DNA of 64,000 bases, taken from the sequence record ON528729; one strand, written 5' to 3'. This DNA comes from Shigella phage ESh19. The notes beneath the pieces were generated by a model, which did no database searches, was not told where the DNA came from, and worked only from the letters and a program-made list of their open reading frames with translations. The position numbers and the translations under genes were made by a program. Of the stretch, positions 61,064-64,000 are shown one piece after another (position 1 is the stretch's first letter; every line of letters begins with the position of its first letter).

Positions 61064-61092
61064 ACTTTACTTGTTTTGATTCTGCATTGCAA
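61064..61092 (-). promoter_or_regulatory. early promoter TTGCAA-N17-TAAAGT with conserved leader
   Basis: Minus-strand reading of gattctgcattgcaag...acttta. Confidence 0.55.
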
Positions 61093-61207
61093 GTAGTTTT
61101 TTATCAAAAACTTTATCTGAGATTTCACCAATGATAAGCATTGCTAATGGCAACACAACAGAAACAATCATACCGCAAAGGATAGGGTTTTTAATGATAT
61201 CTAACAT
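61067..61207 (-). CDS. small hydrophobic early peptide (46 aa), not in ORF track
   Basis: ATG 61207 preceded by the conserved RBS cassette; translation MLDIIKNPILCGMIVSVVLPLAMLIIGEISDKVFDKKLLAMQNQNK. Confidence 0.5.
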   Translation of the reverse strand: MLDIIKNPILCGMIVSVVLPLAMLIIGEISDKVFDKKLLAMQNQNK

Positions 61208-61245
61208 TTAGTGATTCTCCAGTTTAGGAAGTTGCCTTTTGAAGA

Positions 61246-61274
61246 TACTATATAGATATGATTAGACCTTTGCA
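61246..61274 (-). promoter_or_regulatory. early promoter TTGCAA-N17-TATAGT
   Basis: Minus-strand reading. Confidence 0.5.
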
Positions 61275-61402
61275 AGTACTTTTACGCTTATCTATAAAGA
61301 ATCTATTAAGTTAATCCCTTTTAGATAAACCCCCTCGAACAAAGTTACACTTGTCAAGGGGCATTGTCAATAGTTTTTCAAAAGATTTTTATAAGTTGTT
61401 GA

Positions 61403-61744
61403 TTAGCTTATAAAGATTTTTTCTGGCTTAATATAGGTTAATGACTGTTTTTTAAGCAAATCAGACCAAATGAGCGCGGCAATGTGACTATATCCCTTTT
61501 CTCTTAACTCCTGCATAGCTGATTTGCGAGTCTCGAAACGTGTAGCATAGTATTCAGTGTTAAGGGTAGTTTTATTCCCTTCATTGTCAACATGTACAAC
61601 CTGCATCACTTGAAAGGGGCTTACATCTTCTCCCCTGTTCCACTGCTCAAAGTATTTGAGACACTGCATAGGTGTCATTTTGTCGTTAACTTGGGTAGAC
61701 CATGACGAATTTTCTTTATCGGTGATAATTGTTACATAGGCCAT
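61403..61744 (-). CDS. early protein, hypothetical (113 aa)
   Basis: ORF track; cassette upstream. Confidence 0.55.
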   Translation of the reverse strand: MAYVTIITDKENSSWSTQVNDKMTPMQCLKYFEQWNRGEDVSPFQVMQVVHVDNEGNKTTLNTEYYATRFETRKSAMQELREKGYSHIAALIWSDLLKKQSLTYIKPEKIFIS

Positions 61745-61806
61745 TTTTTGAATCTCCAGTTTAGGAATTTTGTTTAGTGGGGAAGTCTCCCTCCCCGTTG
61801 ATGAAT

Positions 61807-61835
61807 ACTTTACTTGTTTGCGTTTTCAGTGTCAA
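61807..61835 (-). promoter_or_regulatory. early promoter TTGACA-N17-TAAAGT with conserved leader
   Basis: Minus-strand reading; consensus -35. Confidence 0.6.
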
Positions 61836-62066
61836 CTACTTTTCTATAAGAATTTCATAATCACCATTCACACTGTCAAAGTAAATACCTTCATCATCTT
61901 CTGATTTATAGTAACATTGGATATCATCTGATGCAGGGTAGTCTTGCCTTGCTATCTGACAGGCAACAATAGCATTATTTTCACTACCTGTAAACTCTTC
62001 TAAACCTTTAAAGTCACATTGTGAACCATTGCAGATAGATAGGATAAGATAGATTGTAGTAAGCAT
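61836..62066 (-). CDS. early secreted protein with signal peptide (76 aa)
   Basis: MLTTIYLILSICNGSQC hydrophobic N-terminus. Confidence 0.5.
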   Translation of the reverse strand: MLTTIYLILSICNGSQCDFKGLEEFTGSENNAIVACQIARQDYPASDDIQCYYKSEDDEGIYFDSVNGDYEILIEK

Positions 62067-62129
62067 CTTTTAAGCCTCTTGTAAGCCCCTGTGCGGGGCT
62101 TTTATAGTGAACTGGTATGATTCTATGAT

Positions 62130-62687
62130 TTATGCTGTTAAGTCGTTTATAGCCGTTTCTACTACGTTGCTTTGCATTGTGTCAAAGATATCACAATATA
62201 CATTGCTCATCTCATCACTACGTTGGACTATTGCCGCAATGTTGCGTAATTCATCCGGTATATAGCCCAAGTTCCTATTATTCAGGTTAGGGACAAAGAA
62301 AGGCGCATACATAGCATTAAATTCAGTTGTGTAAATCTTTTTAATCCATTCTTTATCGAAATATTCTGTAAAGCTTGCTACGTCGCTCATGTTCTCACAG
62401 CTCCAGTCATCTTGTAAATCATCTTCTGGAATATCCAGTTCCAAGATAACAAGTTTTTGTGACTTCATTTGATAGGCTGCTGTAATGCTTGCGCTATCAA
62501 GCGCGTTTCTAATACCTTCATCTGTGATTTGTTCGTCATCCAGATTCTCTACATCATAGAACTTGTTAACAGGGTAGACGTAAAAACATCCATCCATATC
62601 AGAGCAATTCCAGACTCCTGATGGTTTATCACCGCCATTGATAAGGTTTACGAAGTTTTCTTGTGTAGTACCGTGGAAGCATTTCAT
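62130..62687 (-). CDS. putative ADP-ribosyltransferase (H-Y-E / diphtheria-toxin-PARP-like motif), acidic early protein (185 aa)
   Basis: N-terminal FHGTTQENFVNLINGG resembles YHGT of diphtheria toxin and WHGSRTTNFAGILSQG of PARP; candidate Tyr (GCFYVY) and Glu (ILELD) downstream. Confidence 0.4.
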   Translation of the reverse strand: MKCFHGTTQENFVNLINGGDKPSGVWNCSDMDGCFYVYPVNKFYDVENLDDEQITDEGIRNALDSASITAAYQMKSQKLVILELDIPEDDLQDDWSCENMSDVASFTEYFDKEWIKKIYTTEFNAMYAPFFVPNLNNRNLGYIPDELRNIAAIVQRSDEMSNVYCDIFDTMQSNVVETAINDLTA

Positions 62688-62737
62688 TTTTGATTCTCCA
62701 GTTTAGGATTGTTGGTAAAGCTCTTTATCTGGGGCTT

Positions 62738-62766
62738 AAGATACTAGCTTTTAAACCCCATGTAAA
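62738..62766 (-). promoter_or_regulatory. early promoter TTTACA-N17-TATCTT (class B leader with GGGG...CCCC)
   Basis: Minus-strand reading. Confidence 0.5.
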
Positions 62767-62771
62767 GCACT

Positions 62772-63020
62772 TTATTTAGTTTTCTTTGTAAAGATTAGTT
62801 TAACGGCAACAGTTGGTAACTCTTCAATACTTGTGAACAAAGTCACTTTTTGAGTCTTGACATTATAGCCATACTTTGAACCATAAGCTGTAAAACGGTT
62901 TACAATGTAACTGTAAGTTTTTGCAGTGTTATCTGGCATATGATATAAAAACGGCTTGCCAAGGTTATCAAGTTGTGTTAAGAGTCGGCAGGTATCAGGG
63001 ATATTCAGCATATTAAACAT
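62772..63020 (-). CDS. early protein, hypothetical (82 aa)
   Basis: ORF track; cassette upstream. Confidence 0.55.
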   Translation of the reverse strand: MFNMLNIPDTCRLLTQLDNLGKPFLYHMPDNTAKTYSYIVNRFTAYGSKYGYNVKTQKVTLFTSIEELPTVAVKLIFTKKTK

Positions 63021-63078
63021 TTTCAGATTCTCCAGTTTAGGATTGTTGGGGGCTTCTAACTTGCCCCGTTGATGAGTA

Positions 63079-63107
63079 CTCTACTACTATGTTTTTGCAA
63101 TGTCAAT
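63079..63107 (-). promoter_or_regulatory. early promoter TTGACA-N17-TAGAGT with conserved leader
   Basis: Minus-strand reading. Confidence 0.55.
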
Positions 63108-63514
63108 CAAATCTCTGAATAAATCGCATCGCAGATTTCACGGAAAACTTCGACCGGTAAGTTACGCTGTAACCATGTTGCAAAGAAATCAGCAATTGCA
63201 AAGTTTGCATCAAAATCAACACATAGCCACACTTTAACAGCAAATCGAAACATTTTCAAGTCAAGTTCTTTATTCATTACTTTTGACTTTGACAGCATTT
63301 CCTTCATCTCATATTGAGCACCATCAATTATAGCCCCTGCTGCTACATCTTGCAAGGACTCTTTAAGCTGTTTTGTGTCTACTACTACGCCCTGAATTTT
63401 GCCGATGATATTATGCAGTGTTTCGTCTGGCGCTGCTGATGTTACAATGTTGATGCGGTTAATGGTCAAACGTGCTTTCAAAATTGCAACTTCTTTGTGA
63501 TTAACATTAGTCAT
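63107..63514 (-). CDS. early protein, hypothetical (135 aa)
   Basis: ORF track; cassette upstream. Confidence 0.55.
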   Translation of the reverse strand: MTNVNHKEVAILKARLTINRINIVTSAAPDETLHNIIGKIQGVVVDTKQLKESLQDVAAGAIIDGAQYEMKEMLSKSKVMNKELDLKMFRFAVKVWLCVDFDANFAIADFFATWLQRNLPVEVFREICDAIYSEI

Positions 63515-63566
63515 TTTCTAGTCTCCAGTTTAGGTTAGTTTTAGATAAATCTCTTTATCTGGGGCT

Positions 63567-63595
63567 ATCTTATCAACTTGATAACCCCATGTAAA
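63567..63595 (-). promoter_or_regulatory. early promoter TTTACA-N17-TAAGAT (class B leader)
   Basis: Minus-strand reading. Confidence 0.5.
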
Positions 63596-63603
63596 GCAAT
63601 TTA

Positions 63604-63876
63604 TTAGACTAAATACAACTTTTTACCACTAACAATAATGTAACTTACACCGCTATTACTATAAACATCTTGATAAATTCTGCGTAACTTTCCAAGGTAT
63701 CGAACTTTCCAAGATGTAGGAATTTTCTTTCCATATCCTGTAGCGGTTTTTTGTAACCCTGCTACTTGCCAATCTAATAGGTGCTGTTCTGCTCTTAACT
63801 CTTCAAAGTTTAATACACCGTCTACATAGTGTTTTAAAGTTACGTTCAAAGTGCGACCGTCATTAGTAGTATACAT
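63604..63876 (-). CDS. early protein, hypothetical (90 aa)
   Basis: ORF track; cassette upstream. Confidence 0.55.
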   Translation of the reverse strand: MYTTNDGRTLNVTLKHYVDGVLNFEELRAEQHLLDWQVAGLQKTATGYGKKIPTSWKVRYLGKLRRIYQDVYSNSGVSYIIVSGKKLYLV

Positions 63877-63931
63877 TTTAGATTCTCCAGTTTAGGATTG
63901 TTGGGGGCTTCTAACTTGCCCCGTTGATGAA

Positions 63932-63961
63932 TACTTTACTTGTTTTGATTCTGCATTGCAA
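63932..63961 (-). promoter_or_regulatory. early promoter TTGCAA-N18-TAAAGT with conserved leader
   Basis: Same sequence as copy at 61064-61092. Confidence 0.5.
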
Positions 63962-64000
63962 GCTCTTTTTTATTAATTTCTTGAGCTATTACAATATAAT

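Noticed and set aside
62085-62103. Hairpin AGCCCCTGTGCGGGGCT as terminator of the minus-strand gene 62130..62687
   Set aside because: On the minus strand it is not followed by a U-run (the T-run is on the plus strand); more likely a leader structure for 61836..62066 than a terminator.

Overview
This window reads as a virulent (no integrase/repressor seen) tailed dsDNA phage of low GC; all calls are from manual reading of the sequence and ORF track, no searches were run. Layout: (1) 1-9005, minus-strand replication/nucleotide-metabolism genes (RNR alpha N-terminal fragment, GIY-YIG endonuclease, FEN-like 5'-3' exonuclease, SSB-like acidic-tail protein, T7 gp4-like primase-helicase, dNMP kinase); (2) 9265-18763, plus-strand genes (family A DNA polymerase, ATP-dependent DNA ligase, DHFR, thymidylate synthase, many small ORFs including a lipoprotein and an HTH protein); (3) 18801-42575, minus-strand morphogenesis module in canonical order (holin/spanin-like pair, two His-x-His-rich tail fibers, baseplate, tape measure, chaperones, tube, sheath, connectors, major capsid, S49-type protease/scaffold, portal, large terminase); (4) 42795-47882, a tRNA island of about 27 minus-strand tRNAs covering all 20 amino acids, interspersed with small ORFs, structured non-tRNA spacers and recurring flanking motifs, with a vWA/MIDAS protein just upstream; (5) 50159-58167, plus-strand cluster of unknown genes including a GH24 endolysin and an Ig-like repeat protein; (6) 58224-59771, a 1.5-kb gene-free, terminator-flanked region dense in about 10-11 bp degenerate tandem repeats; (7) 59836-63876, an array of small early genes, each with its own sigma70-like promoter, conserved leader hairpin and RBS, one of which has a diphtheria-toxin/PARP-like ADP-ribosyltransferase motif. 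Most promising candidates for something undescribed: the ART-like early protein, the repeat-dense non-coding region, and the vWA protein plus non-tRNA structured RNAs in the tRNA island.
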